64,000 nucleotides of DNA from Epithemia pelagica (taxonomy: Eukaryota > Protista > Bacillariophyta), in contig OX337237.1 in NCBI GenBank assembly GCA_946965045.2, forward strand, positions 3,100,001-3,164,000, given 5' to 3'. A program made the position numbers and the translations under genes. Below the pieces are notes generated by a model. That model saw nothing but the letters and a program-made list of their open reading frames with translations. It had not been told where the DNA came from and searched no databases. This document shows positions 12,008 through 24,500 of the stretch, one piece after another. The first letter of the stretch is position 1. Every line of letters begins with the position of its first letter.

Positions 12008-13456
12008 CTATCCGATAATATATTCGACGCGTGTGACTTCGACGCGTCGGAGCAATTTGCCGGGATAGACCTTGTCCAATCGGGTATCGCCCAAGACTTG
12101 GGCCGTGCTTTTGAACAAGGATCGTTGGGCGGCAAACACGGATTGAGCGGCCGACTCCAAGACCGCGTCCGATGTGGACGACGAGGACGATGTTCGGGGC
12201 ACGGCCGTATCGCGATAGGTCGGTAAGGACACGACGCGTTGCAAAAAATCCACGCCATCCTCCTTCTTCTTTGTCTGGTCGTTGTTCGTGCCGTTTGTCA
12301 AGACGACACGTCCAAAGACGACATGCGTGGCATCGAGTTGGGTGGTATCGGTACGGGTGGTAATGCCAAAAAGGGGCAAGGCTTCCAACCGGGCATGGGT
12401 CAACAATCCCTTGCCGACATGGGACAACTTGACGTTATTGGTAGTCGTGGGTTCCAACCACAGCGAGGCAGGAAACAAGCGACTGCCATATTGCAAGGCC
12501 GTCGTGCCACTTCCGATTTGGGTCAATTGCAATCCGGGAATTTTGCCCCCCACAATCAACCCCGTGGCATCGTCGTACGAGGGAAACAAACTTCGACCGT
12601 AGGTGGGCAGTGCGGTGGCATCTTCTTCGTCTGGTTCAGCCAACAACAGGTTGTTGTTGTTGTTGTTGTTGTTCTTGTTGTTGGAATCAGAAGAAGGACG
12701 AGAGAATGGTACATACGAAAGGAAGCGTCGACAGGTTTCCGGTGCCACTTGTCCAAAGAGTTCCACCGTAAATTGTCCGGTAAAGACTTGATTCTCGGGT
12801 GTATCGGGCAAATCGTCGCGGACGTAAAAGGTGCCATCTTGTCGCGCAATTCGAACGTCAAACCGGATGCGATCGGTTACGACCGGTTGCAGTTGGTCGA
12901 CCGTTTCCAGTGTGGTTGCGGATGGAGTAGCAGCCGTAACAGCTTGTGGAACGGTCCAAACAGGAGCACTTGCGGATGCCAATACAAGTGGAACCAGTAG
13001 CAGCCGCCGAGCGTTTTGATGGAGAAAGTGTCGTCGACGCAACGACAAGCAAGAATGGTCGTCGTTGTTGGGGTTGTGGTTGTCGTTGTCGTCATTCATT
13101 CTGGTCGTCCATGGAGTCGTCTGTTTTCCCCAAAAACTGCTGCGACCACCACTACCACCCTCACAATGGGCCTCCCACAACAACACACTTGACGTGGACG
13201 ACCTTCTTGTTCTTTGTGTACTCATTGTTCTTCTGGTTGGTACTGTTGTTGTTGGTCGAGTGCAATGACTGGACACACGACTCGCAACATTCAACGACAA
13301 GGACGACGACAAGGACAAGGTCCATGCGTGAGCCATGTTCATGGATCCAACGACCACAATTCCGACCACGACTGTCGCCAGGATCCGGAACCACGACGAC
13401 GACGACAATCGGCAACGTCTGGTACAACGAGAGGATGACGACGAAACAACGGGCAT
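12008..13456 (-). CDS. Cyclophilin-type PPIase-like protein, plastid thylakoid lumen (resembles plant CYP28-type)
   Basis: Cyclophilin-like segments VTDRIRFDVRI...FTVELFGQVAPETCRRF, LFGITT...LDATHVVFGRVV and a C-terminal LGDTRLDKVYPGKLLRRVEV. The N-terminus has a signal peptide ending AHA-W, an S/T/R-rich transit peptide, then a twin-arginine RRRHFL with hydrophobic stretch and AxA. Confidence 0.72.
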   Translation of the reverse strand: MPVVSSSSSRCTRRCRLSSSSWFRILATVVVGIVVVGSMNMAHAWTLSLSSSLSLNVASRVSSHCTRPTTTVPTRRTMSTQRTRRSSTSSVLLWEAHCEGGSGGRSSFWGKQTTPWTTRMNDDNDNHNPNNDDHSCLSLRRRHFLHQNARRLLLVPLVLASASAPVWTVPQAVTAATPSATTLETVDQLQPVVTDRIRFDVRIARQDGTFYVRDDLPDTPENQVFTGQFTVELFGQVAPETCRRFLSYVPFSRPSSDSNNKNNNNNNNNLLLAEPDEEDATALPTYGRSLFPSYDDATGLIVGGKIPGLQLTQIGSGTTALQYGSRLFPASLWLEPTTTNNVKLSHVGKGLLTHARLEALPLFGITTRTDTTQLDATHVVFGRVVLTNGTNNDQTKKKEDGVDFLQRVVSLPTYRDTAVPRTSSSSSTSDAVLESAAQSVFAAQRSLFKSTAQVLGDTRLDKVYPGKLLRRVEVTRVEYIIG

Positions 13457-14275
13457 GATGATGATGAGCACTGTCCAAGATGTGGTCTTGTTCTGTCGTA
13501 GATCGAGGGGGATGACTGGTTTCGTTTCGTTTTTCTGTGAATAGATGGATTTTGATGGATCGGCCCGAACGATCTTTTGTTGGATGATGGAAGGTTAGAT
13601 ACTCCCTAGCAGAGGATCGTCTTGTGTTCTCGTGAATGCCGTCAGGTTCATGTTCCCCTAATAAACTCTTACGTACGACCGAAAACTCTTTCCAGCTTGG
13701 AGGTAGAAGGTTCGTTAACAGCGTGGACGACGGAAGGACGACCCGAAAGAGTCGCGGATCTCATTCTTGACTCGCACTCAGACGCGACCTCCAACGCATT
13801 ATAGTCCCGTGTAATAGTCGCGTATAAAGTCTGTACGGCGCACACAAGACGTTTGACTGCTTACCGCCTTACTCAACTTTTGTGGCACGAAGTTGGCACG
13901 CAGCACACTGTCTCTTTCTCTCTCTCTTGGTACGAACAAGCTTGTTGTTTCTGGATCGACGGTACGTTGTCGTCCCATTGCGAGATTGGATACAGAGGAA
14001 GGAGGAATCTGTACCGAGGACCATGGATATCTTGCGCGGTGATATCTTGCGCGGTCTTTGTGCTAGTTTCGTGCCAGAACACTAGGCGGAAAGGAAGCAC
14101 TCGGAGGATTCTCGGATGGTTTTTGGAGCCTTGTTTCCAATTTCTGACGCTTCTCTTGTCTGTTTGTGTTTTTTTTTTGTTGTTTTGCATATGTTCTTGT
14201 TGTGGTTGTGGTTTGAACTCCATTGATTCGTTTCCCCGACAGTCTCTTCGTTTTGTAATAAAAAGCAATTTCACC

Positions 14276-14854
14276 ATGGGTATTGATTTGAAAGCGGGCG
14301 GCCGCCGTGTGGGTCACACGTCGTCGATGAAAAAGGTCAAGACGGCCAATCCGTACAACAAGTTGTTGATTAAATTGTACAAGTTTTTGGCCCGTCGTAC
14401 CGAATCCAAATTTTGTGCGACCGTCCTGAAACGATTGCACATGAGCAAGGTGAATCGACCTCCCATTGGGTTGCACCGCTTGGCCAAGTACATGTCCAAA
14501 AAAGAGGGCAAGACGGCCGTCATTGTCGGCAAGGTGACGGACGATGTTCGCATGTTGGACTGCCCAAAGTTGAGTGTGTGTGCCTTGGGCTTTACCGAAA
14601 CGGCCCGACGACGAATTGAAGGCGCGGGCGGGGAATGTTTGACCCTCGATCAATTGGCCTTGCGAGCGCCCAAGGGATCCGATACCGTCTTGTTGCGCGG
14701 TCCCAAATCGCGAGAAGCTCTCAGTCATTTTGGACATTCCGTCACGGTCAACAATCCGCATACCCATACCAGTGTTAAACCCTATGTCCGATCCAAGGGA
14801 CGCAAATTTGAAAAGGCCCGTGGAAGACGTCGCTCGAGAGGCTTCAAGGTCTAA
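14276..14854 (+). CDS. RPL18: 60S ribosomal protein L18 (eL18), 192 aa
   Basis: [10 protein letters not shown]...[22 protein letters not shown]...[15 protein letters not shown]...[25 protein letters not shown]. The start is the ATG at 14276; the upstream extension in the ORF track is not eL18-like. Confidence 0.97.
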   Translation: MGIDLKAGGRRVGHTSSMKKVKTANPYNKLLIKLYKFLARRTESKFCATVLKRLHMSKVNRPPIGLHRLAKYMSKKEGKTAVIVGKVTDDVRMLDCPKLSVCALGFTETARRRIEGAGGECLTLDQLALRAPKGSDTVLLRGPKSREALSHFGHSVTVNNPHTHTSVKPYVRSKGRKFEKARGRRRSRGFKV

Positions 14855-15119
14855 GAATCACACCTCTCTACTACTAATCATGAGCATTATACTTTTTGCA
14901 GTAGAGTGTTGTTAGTTGCTGTTGTTTGTTGGCAGAGTGGACCGATGGAGGAACGTGGAGCGAGAATGCAGATCGTACTTTGTTCATGGTGCTGTTGGGG
15001 GGGTTGGCAGATGGTAGTACAGTCTATTCTATGTGGACACATAAAGAAAATAATGTTGCCTACGACTCATCCGTAGCCTTGAAATACACACGATATGCAC
15101 CGGGAAGATTAACAATCTT

Positions 15120-15191
15120 GCCCGAGTGGCGCAGTGGTAGCGCATTGGATTCCGATTCCAAAGGCCGCGAGTTCGAATCTTGCCTTGGGTG
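15120..15191 (+). tRNA. tRNA-Arg, anticodon CCG (72 nt, no intron)
   Basis: Cloverleaf: acceptor GCCCGAG/CTTGGGT, D stem GCGC/GCGC with loop AGTGGTA, anticodon stem TTGGA/TCCAA with loop TT-CCG-AT, T stem GCGAG/CTTGC with loop TTCGAAT, discriminator G. TTTT at 15203-15206 is a likely Pol III terminator. Confidence 0.92.
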
Positions 15192-15536
15192 AAACAAAGA
15201 CGTTTTGCTTATATACGAATATATATTGATAGAGAACGTTTGTGTGAGGTTCTTCTCAAGTTGTCGGCTAGGAGAGGTTTTTCTTCTTTTGGAGAAGATG
15301 TGAGGTTCAAAAGGTCGACGGTCCTTGGGTGGAAAGAGCCAAAGGGTTCTGCAAATTTTGAAACTCGTCATCTAAATACAAACTCGTATACTCTACAACT
15401 ATAGTACCTACGGACATGGTTTCTTCTTCTTCCTTCTTCTTCCAGTGTACAGAGATCATTGATCTATGACACGATCGAGTGGTTCCACAGTTGGTCGGTT
15501 GTGGTTGTGGTTGTTGTGGTTCGCGTAGTCGTAGTA

Positions 15537-18500
15537 TTAGCTTCGACTGGAAAAATAGCGCTTGACCGATTCGGCCAAACTGCGCAAACTATCGGCATGG
15601 GCTTGTCGTTCCAAGGTCAAATTGTCCATGGCATCGGCTCGTTGCAGTTCCGATCGTTGCAAGGCCAAGGCCAAGGAAACAATGTGATTGCGCAATTCGT
15701 CGACACCATCCTTCTCGTAAGAAGGATTATTGTGGGACGGTGTTGCGGGTTCCAGGTCCTCTTGCATCCCCTTGGTGTCATCGCCATTGCGGTCTTGTAG
15801 AGGGGCCAGGGGTGTACGCGGCGGCGGAGAAGTCATGGTGCTGTTCGCATCTACCGCAGTACTAGGGACCTTGTCCAGTTCTTGGACCTTGACTTCCAAT
15901 GCCGTTTGTGTATTCTGGAGTGTCTTGGTCAGATCTGCCACTTGTTGTTCCAAGGCATGAATTTGAGCTTGTTGCTCCTTGGAGGACGGTCCCTCCTGTT
16001 GTAACAGGTTTTGCAACCGGTTCATTTCGTCTTGTTGGGCCAAACAGTCTTGTTCCAACTCGTGACAGCGTGCTTGCAATTCTCTACTAGTGTCTTGTTG
16101 TGGTGGTGGTTGCAATTCCTGTTCCACATGCTCCAGTTGGGAGAGTTTGGATTCCATTTCCTCCATTTGTGTTTGCATCGCTTGCGACTTGAGCTGCATG
16201 TCCATCAACCGGTCAATCTCGGCCTGTTTGGACAGGCATTCACGTTCCAGAACCTGGCAGCGTTCTTCCAAAGACTCGACGGCCGATCGTGAGTCTCGTT
16301 CGGTTTGAAGATGGGACTGCACAGTGTCCACTTGAGTGAGCTTGGATTGCATGGCTTGTAGTTGCGATTGCAAGAGTTCCGATTGGCGTTCCATGGCCAT
16401 GAAACGACGAATCTCTTCTTGTTTTGCCAACCGCTCTTGTTCCAGACTGTGGCAGTGGGCCTCCAACGACTCGAGTTTGACCTGGGATTCCTTGTCTCGG
16501 GAGAGCAGTCGTTGATTCTCGGATTCCAACGTCTGGACCTCCACTACCAACTCATCCACTCGGGACAGTTTGGATTGCATCTCGTCAAGTTGGGACTCCA
16601 TGCCTTGCGAGTTGCGTTCCATCAGCATCAAACAATCGATTTCGGCTTGCTTGGAAAGGCATTCTCGTTCGAGATGATCGCAACGAGATTTTAGGGACTC
16701 AGTCGTCTCTGCGCTTTCCTTTTCTCTCGACATGATGAATTGTGATTCGAGATCATCGACTCTTGACAGCAACGTCTGAATTGCCACCGCCGCCCTCTCC
16801 ACAGGATCAGGAGAATTGTCGTTCGGAAAGCCTTGTACTCGACTAGCCACCAGAGAAGTGTGGGATTCGAGCTTTTGAAGATCTCGTTCCACACGAGCAA
16901 AGTTCTCTGCGGATGCATCCATATCCTCTTTCAACAAGCCCAGTTGGACCAACAACTTGTCGTTTTCTTCCGTCAACATGTCGCGATCGTTCCGGGCCTG
17001 GTCTAATTCCTGACGCGTTTCATTTAGTTCAGCCTGGATTTTATCACCGGAGAGGTGTACTTGATTTCGCAATGTTTCATTGTCACTTCGCAACGTGGCG
17101 ATCACACTCTTACTTTCTTGCAAAAGCCTCTCGTAGTTGGCGTCCGAATCCTTGAGCGCCTGAGAGAGGGATGCCTCCATATTTTGTTTTTCCTGCATCA
17201 CACGTTCGAAAGCCTCATTGGAGGACGTGCTCTGGGATTCGAATACCTGTAGTTGACTCTGTGCAGTACTGAGCTCGCGTTCCAGACTCTCCATATGGAC
17301 CAGCTTTTCCGCCATGTCGGTCCGAGTTTGCTCGAGTTGAATTCGAAGGTCGCCAATTTCCTGTCGGAGGGAAGCGCTCTCTTGTGCCGCAGCTTCTCCT
17401 GCCACTCTGGCATCATTTTGAACGCTACTAAACTTTGTGGCATTCTCCGCCAATTGTTGGCTCAGTTCTGCGTTCTGTTTCTCGAGACTTGCAAGCGATG
17501 CAGTAAGAGACACGACCCGTTGTTCTTTGGCTAGAAGATCGGCTCCAAGTTTTCTCATGGTAGATTCCATGTGATGTTGCTTCGACTCGGAATCTCGATT
17601 TTCATCCACATGGCGCTGGAGTGACGCCAAAGATTCCTCCGTTTCGACAAGTTGCTGTTGAAGAGAATCTCGTTCTTGTTGCACAGCCACCAGCTCTCGG
17701 TTGGCCTTTTCGGCTGCCTGAGTGAGAGATATTTGTTTCACAGACAAATCGACATTGGTTGCCTTGATCTGAACGTCCTTTTCACGTATAGTGCTCTCCA
17801 AAGTTCGAATCTTTTGTAGCCGTTCCTGAAACATAATGTCTCGCTGTTCCAATTCTCGCTGTGCGGCTTGCTCCTGTTCGGACAGTTTTGCTAGGAGGCC
17901 ATCCTTTTCAAAGCGCAATCGATTCAGTTCAACCCCCATCTCACGCTTCGAGGCCTCCATACTCTCAATCTCACCGCGAACGGAGTCGCCTGCCATCACA
18001 AGCTCCGTTTCCTTCGAGGCAAGTTTACTTTCCAACTCAGTCTTTTCCTTTATCAACTCGGTCGCTTTCTTTGAACTCTCTGAATGTCGTTGGATAGCCG
18101 ATTGGAGCTTCTCCTTCATAATGATCAGTTGGGTTTGAAGTTGCTGACATTCCATCTGAGAAGCTCGGAGGCTCTGTTGGGCCTTTGACTCAGCGGCATC
18201 TTGTGATCGTGCCTCTTCCGCTGACTTCAGCCTATCACCTAAGGATGCCAGTTCCTTTCGTACATCATCACACTCTGTAGATTTGAGAGCCAAGTCATTT
18301 TGAAGGTTGGAAATAGCTTCCGCATCTTTCTGTTGCCGATCATGGTTCGCCGCCTCACTCTCCTGCAACTTCTTTTGAGTGGAGGAGAGTTCCCCTTCCA
18401 ATCGTGAACGAGATTTCTCTTCTTGAACAAGTTTAGATTGTACAAGGGCTACGGCGACGGTTTTTTCTTTGGCTAGATTTGCGGCATGTGAGGACAACTC

Positions 18501-21500
18501 TTGTGTGAGTTCCTGTACTCGGATTTGTGTTTTCTTCCGCAAATCTTGCTCCGTGGCCAGCTGTTGCTTGAAGCTAGCTATTTCCTTCTCCAGCTGAATC
18601 CGTTGTGACTGGTATTTTTCTTCTTTCTGCTGACGGGCAAGAGCATCTTCTGAAGCCTTGGCTGCCACGGCATCCTGTTGAGATGACAGATCACTTTTGA
18701 GCTGGTTGAGTTGGGTCGTTAATTCGCTGGAAGCGGCAGTTCTGGACGCCAAATCCGTACGCAGCTTGGCAATAATTTCAGCAGATTCTGATGCTTCGTC
18801 CCCCTGATGTTTGCGGGCCAGGACCAATTCATCTTTCAAATCGGCAACTTCTTGCGACAAGGTGGTCTTCTCAGTTTGAAGGGCGTTCGACATCTGTTTG
18901 AGATTTGATGTTTCATCAGCTGCCATGGTAGCTGCTTTCTCTGCCTTTCGAAGTTTCTCGTTGAGCTGTTCTGTCTCACTCCGAAGGACATCGCAAGTCG
19001 ATACCTGACTGTCAAGTTGGGATTGCAGATCCGTGATTTGTCGTGTCTGGTCTGCAGTCATCACCTCTGCTGAATTCAGCTTGTTCTTCAAAGCGCTTGA
19101 GTCGGCAAGTTGACGTTTACATTCCTCCAACTGATTTCTGAGGTCTTGACAAGTCGCCTCACTTGATTCCTTTTCAAGACGGAGCTTCGAGAGCTCCGCA
19201 CTGGTTGCTTCGTCAGCATGTTCCTTTGATTTTGTCGTTTCATTTCGCAACTCCAACAATTCTTGTTTGAGGGCTGCAACCTCACTTTGACTCTGGACAA
19301 GTTGTACCGCAGTTTGGGAGGAATCGCGTTCTTTGTCTTTGGCGGCCATGGTTTCTGCCTGTTGGAGAGAGTCGACCGTTGCCTCAAGTTCTCTTGTTTG
19401 TGCACGTAAAGAATCGACGACATCACTCTTTTCTTGCAGCTGCCCTTGCAATGTGGCAATTTGAGATGCATGGTTGGCTTGAACCACAGATCGCTCATGC
19501 TGAAGCTCTGCCACCATTCGTGACGCATTGACCAATTCGTCGGACTTGGCCGTTTGTTCTTCTTCGTACAGTTTGCGCAAGGAACTCGCTTCCTGTTCCA
19601 ACAATCGTCTCTTGACCATTTCGTTTTGCAACAACTCACCAAAGTCAACCTCCACCGATGATCCATCCGCTGCGATGATTGTCCCGTACATTGTGCCTTC
19701 TTGTTTGTCAACATTGAGTAACTTTTCCACCAAAGGACAATCGCCATCCGTCGATGACTTGTCATTCGATCGTACCTCCTGCTGTTGCTGCTTTGACGCA
19801 ATGGAATTGAGCGCGGCGAAATCCAACCATGGAGTCGGCACGAGGTTTGATGAGGGCATTGGTGGCGCTTTTGTGGTAATAGTGGGCCGATGATGCGGAG
19901 TAGACGGAGGAGTATCGGCTTCGGCAAAGGAGGCTCCAGGTCGTCGATCGGTCAAGGCCGCATCGTAATAGTGACTCTCATCATCTTCATCGTTCGATCT
20001 CGTAGACATGGGAGCATCATAAAACGACGTCGAATCGTTGCTGCTGCTCGCTGCCATACTGGCCATGGCCACTGCCGATGAGGATGTACTGTTGGTCGGA
20101 TCTCGAACCGTGGAATCGAATCGTACGGATACATTGGCTCGATCGCTGGACGCCGTGTCCCCTGCCGAACTACGACGAAACAAGCCCTTGCTTTGGGCAG
20201 CTTGAGAGATTCGATCCGTACGATCAGATGCCGCACTGGCATCCAAATCAAAATCATCGGCCCATCCATCCGTTTCTCCCGCACTATCATCGCCTTCCGA
20301 GACGGCACCCAGAGCATCGACGGTTGATCCTCCTCGTGAGGCTGCCATGGAGATGGAGGAAGTACGCAAAAAGGGAAGATGATCCACCACAGGTCCAAAC
20401 TTGCTATCGGTTTCTTCTTCTTCATCGTCTTCTTCGGTAAATTGGGATTTTCCGACTGTCGCTAGCGAATCGGCATTGCGGAATCCACGAATATTGGGAA
20501 CGTAATCCACCACCACCTTTTCTTCGTCTGCTTCGGTACCAGCGTCTTCGGTAGTTTCTCCTGCCGCCAAACGTTCTCCCTCGGCGGCGGCATCTTCCTT
20601 TTCCAATCGCCCAATTTCCGAAGCTGTGACCAGAGTTGCTACGGTAGACGTAATGGACATGACGGATCCTCGTGGAAGAGACGAGGTAGCGCCCGGTGTG
20701 GGTGTATGGTCCACGACGGGCCCAAAATCATCTTCCTTGGGATCTTCCGCCTGCAACAAGGACTGTGCTCCACCTACGGCATATTCCGATGAGGCTTCGG
20801 TGGACTGTTCTCCTCCTCGATCATCATCGTCCCCGTCATCGCCGTCTCCTCCACCGGCACCACCATCTGCCCCCGCGGCAACGAGTGCGGGAGGGTTGTT
20901 GGGTGGCAAAAAGTCTACCAATTGTTGTTCATTCGGTGGCGGTTCGTCATTGCCCGATTGTGGATTGGGTGCGGCTTCTTCCAAAATGGGATCTTCATGG
21001 TCCCATCCATCCTGTCCTCCATGAACTTCCGTTTCATCCGGATCCAAATCATCCGTGGCCACAGATGGAGGTGCAAAAACAACGGTCGATCCAGCACCGG
21101 ACGGAACAATGGACAAGGGCCGTGCCGGAGGCGTTTGGTCCACCACCAACCCAAAGTCTCCACATTCTTCCATATCACCCACCACGGAGAGAGCTTCGGA
21201 TTCTTCTGCTGCCACCAAGGTAGAGGCATCGCCTAGCCGTGATTCGGGACGCAAGGGAACGCGATCGACAACATTGGCACTATCGTCATTGCTCGTAGTG
21301 TTCCCACCTAGCGCCGGGTGGAGATGGTCCGTCAAGGAGGACCGCAAGGCCGATGGCATTTCATCATCGACCAAGGTATCGCCATCATCTTCGTCCCCTT
21401 CTTCTCCTCCTAGGGTACCCAACAAGGTTTCATCTTCCACCGTGTCGGCATCATTGACTTGAGCAATGATGGAATCGGACCGAGTGGGTCGTGCATCGTC

Positions 21501-24500
21501 GTGCGCTGGTGTGGTGGGCGTATGGTCCACCATGGGTCCATAACCAAAATCTCCGTCTCCATCACTATCATTTTCGTCAATCGAGGCCATGACAGCTACC
21601 GAAGGATCAAATCGAGCATTCAAGGGAGGAGATCCCATTTCCGAGGGTGTATGATCCACCATGGTTTCTTCCTTGAAACTCACGACATTGTCCGTTTTGG
21701 GAATGGTCGAATCATCGTCGTCATCGTCATGATTGGTGGTGGTGGGGACCCCCACCAATTCGGCACTTTGATCCCCATCCAGAATCATGGTTCCATCATC
21801 AATTGTGGCTCCTCCATCATCAATGGTTCCATCCAAGGTGGTGACACCGGCAATGGTGGAATCCCCAAACAGGGTGGCATCGTCGATGGCGGAGGTTCCG
21901 GCTTGTGCTGCCACGGAACTGTTGTAGATACTGGGAGCCTTGCTGCTCGTGCTCGTGCCGGGAGGATGGCTACTGCTGTTGTTGTTGGTATTATTGGTAG
22001 TGTTGGGGGGTGTATGATCCACAACAGGTAGATAGGCCAATTCATTTTCATCTTCATAGACATCTTCGTCGTCATCCTCGTCTTGTTCTCCGGTATCTCG
22101 AGTCATGTCTTCTTCCGAGGCTTGCACGAGCAAGGACAAGTGACTGGCGGCCAATAGTTTGCGTCGTCGTCGACTACCACTAGTTCGGGCGGCAGCGGCG
22201 GTCGCCGAGGAGGTCGTCGAGGCCAGTTCGGACGGTGTATGGTCCACCACGACGGGCCGTGCGGTAATGGACGCCATGGGTGGACGGAGATCGATGGGAC
22301 GTCGGGAACTGGGTTCCGTCAAATCATCGTCCAAATCATCGTCATCCTCATCATTACCTTCATCGTCATCCCATCCATCGGGAATGTTGTCATTGGGTGG
22401 GGTTTCCTGGTTGCCACTTTCTTCATCTTCTTGTTCCGCCACAACCGTATCAATGACGGTTTCATCCATGGCATCGTCTTGTTGAAAATCTTCCTTCAAA
22501 TCCATGGCATTGACCGCCAAGGAAACGGCGGTGGCAGTGGCATTGGCATCCTCTTCCTCTCCGGGAGACGAAGTCTTGTCTGGACCATCCCCTACGGTGG
22601 GCAAATGATCCACGACGGGTCCATAGTCCACTCCGGTATCCGACAATAAGTGATCCGTCAAGGCATTTAGGAGTCCAGCATCTTCGGTCTCATTGTCGGC
22701 CATGGTGGTCAAATCTTCCAAACCCGCCATGGTATCCCCTTCACTGGGCAAGACGGCAATGGACGGATCCATCATCAATCCCATGTCGTCGTCATCGTCG
22801 TTGGAATTGGTATCGTCCGGACGATATTGACGCGTTTCCGCGGGGGTATGATCGACCACGGGGGTGGGAGGAGGAGGCAGAACGACCAAGGACGGCGTGG
22901 ATCCCTTGGGAATGTCCTGGTCGTTGGCATCCTCGTCATCGTCATCGTCATCCACAACAGTTTCATCCATGGCTTCATCGGCAACCAAATCCCGTACCAA
23001 ATCGGCCGCCTGGACAATCATGGACATGGTCGTACTGGGCATGCGACCCGACGAAGATGGTTGCGAGGAGGATGGCGTGCTTGTGGTGTGAGGATGATGT
23101 GATTGTGCTGCCATTGTGTTGGTACGAAACTGGGGTGTATGATCCACGACCAAGCCAAAGTCTTGTTCATTTTCATCGTCATAAACGTTGTCGTCGTCCG
23201 TATCGTTTGTGTTGTTGTTGTTGTTGTTGTTGCCAGCATGGAGAATGTGAGGTGGTGGTTCTTCGCCATCCTGAACCAGTTCCGGATCCTGAGGCGGAAC
23301 TTGCGGAATCATGGACGGATCGTCGTCGTCGTCCAACGTGGTGGTACCAGAAGTGCCGCCACGCTGCAACAAAGAAGGCGTATGATCCACCATTCGTTGC
23401 GTAGTGGTGGTATGTGGTGCCTGATCGTTTGCTTGTTGTTGTTGTTGTTGTTCTTCCATGGCTTGCATTTCTTCTTGAATGGCCAAGACGGCTTGATTGT
23501 GCCATTCCAAATCCGTTTCCAAATCATCCGATGAGGGATGGGGCGAGGATTGTTGCAAGGATCGTGTGGAGGAATACGTGGCATACAGAGTCGGATACTG
23601 CGACGAAGAATGTTGGGTATTAGTGGGCGTACCAGCCGCAGTGTGAGTATTCGGATTGTCGTGTTCGTCTTGGGCCGAGAAAAAGGCACTCGAGGCTTGG
23701 GTATGCGGGGTCGCGTCCATTGGTTGTTGTTCATATTCATATTCATGTTGTTGTTCCTGTTGCTGTTCGAAATCGACGACATCCAAATCCGCCAAGGGCT
23801 GCTCCACGTCATGACGTGATGTAAAATGCGCTTGTTGTGGTGGTTGTTGTTGTTGCGGCATAGATTCCATATTACTGGTATTGTTGGTATTGTTGGGCGA
23901 TTCCAATTCTTGAATTTCCGTCAACAAGGTATTGAGGGGTTGCGCAATTTGTTGCACCAAGGAATGCAAGGCTGGATTGCCCCCATCATCGTCCTCCTCA
24001 TCGTCGTCGTCGTCGTCATGGTTGTCGTGTGGATTGGTAGTGACCAACGGTTCGTGTGGAGGCTCGACCACCAAGTCAAGGTCCGCCTCACTGTCCTCCT
24101 TGTCGTTCCAGCCCTGTGCTTCTTCCTCCTCCAGGTTCGGAGTGTCCGGATGTTGTTGTGGTTGTGGTTGTTCCTGTGGGTTGTGGTCCGGTGGTTCCTC
24201 CAGTTGTTGTTCCTCCTTGTCGCTGTCGTTGTCGTCCAACAGCAACTCATCCTCATGGTCCCATCCATTTGCGTCATTGTTGTCATTGTCGTCGTCCAAA
24301 GGCACGTCATCTTCCTGATCCCATCCATTGTTTCCTTCGTCATTTTCCAACTCCTCCAAATCCTCCTCCTCCTGGTCCCATCCATTTCCGTCGTCATGAT
24401 TGTTGTCATCATTGGGATGGTGTGTGGGCGAATGGGTGACATGTTCCAAAAAGCGAGTCAAGCGTCCCATAAACATGCCACTCAAGGGAGCCCCGTCTTG

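Noticed and set aside
13853-14275. N-terminal extension of RPL18 shown in the ORF track
   Set aside because: It starts at TTG, has UTR-like T-rich composition and is not part of eL18; the conserved start is ATG 14276.
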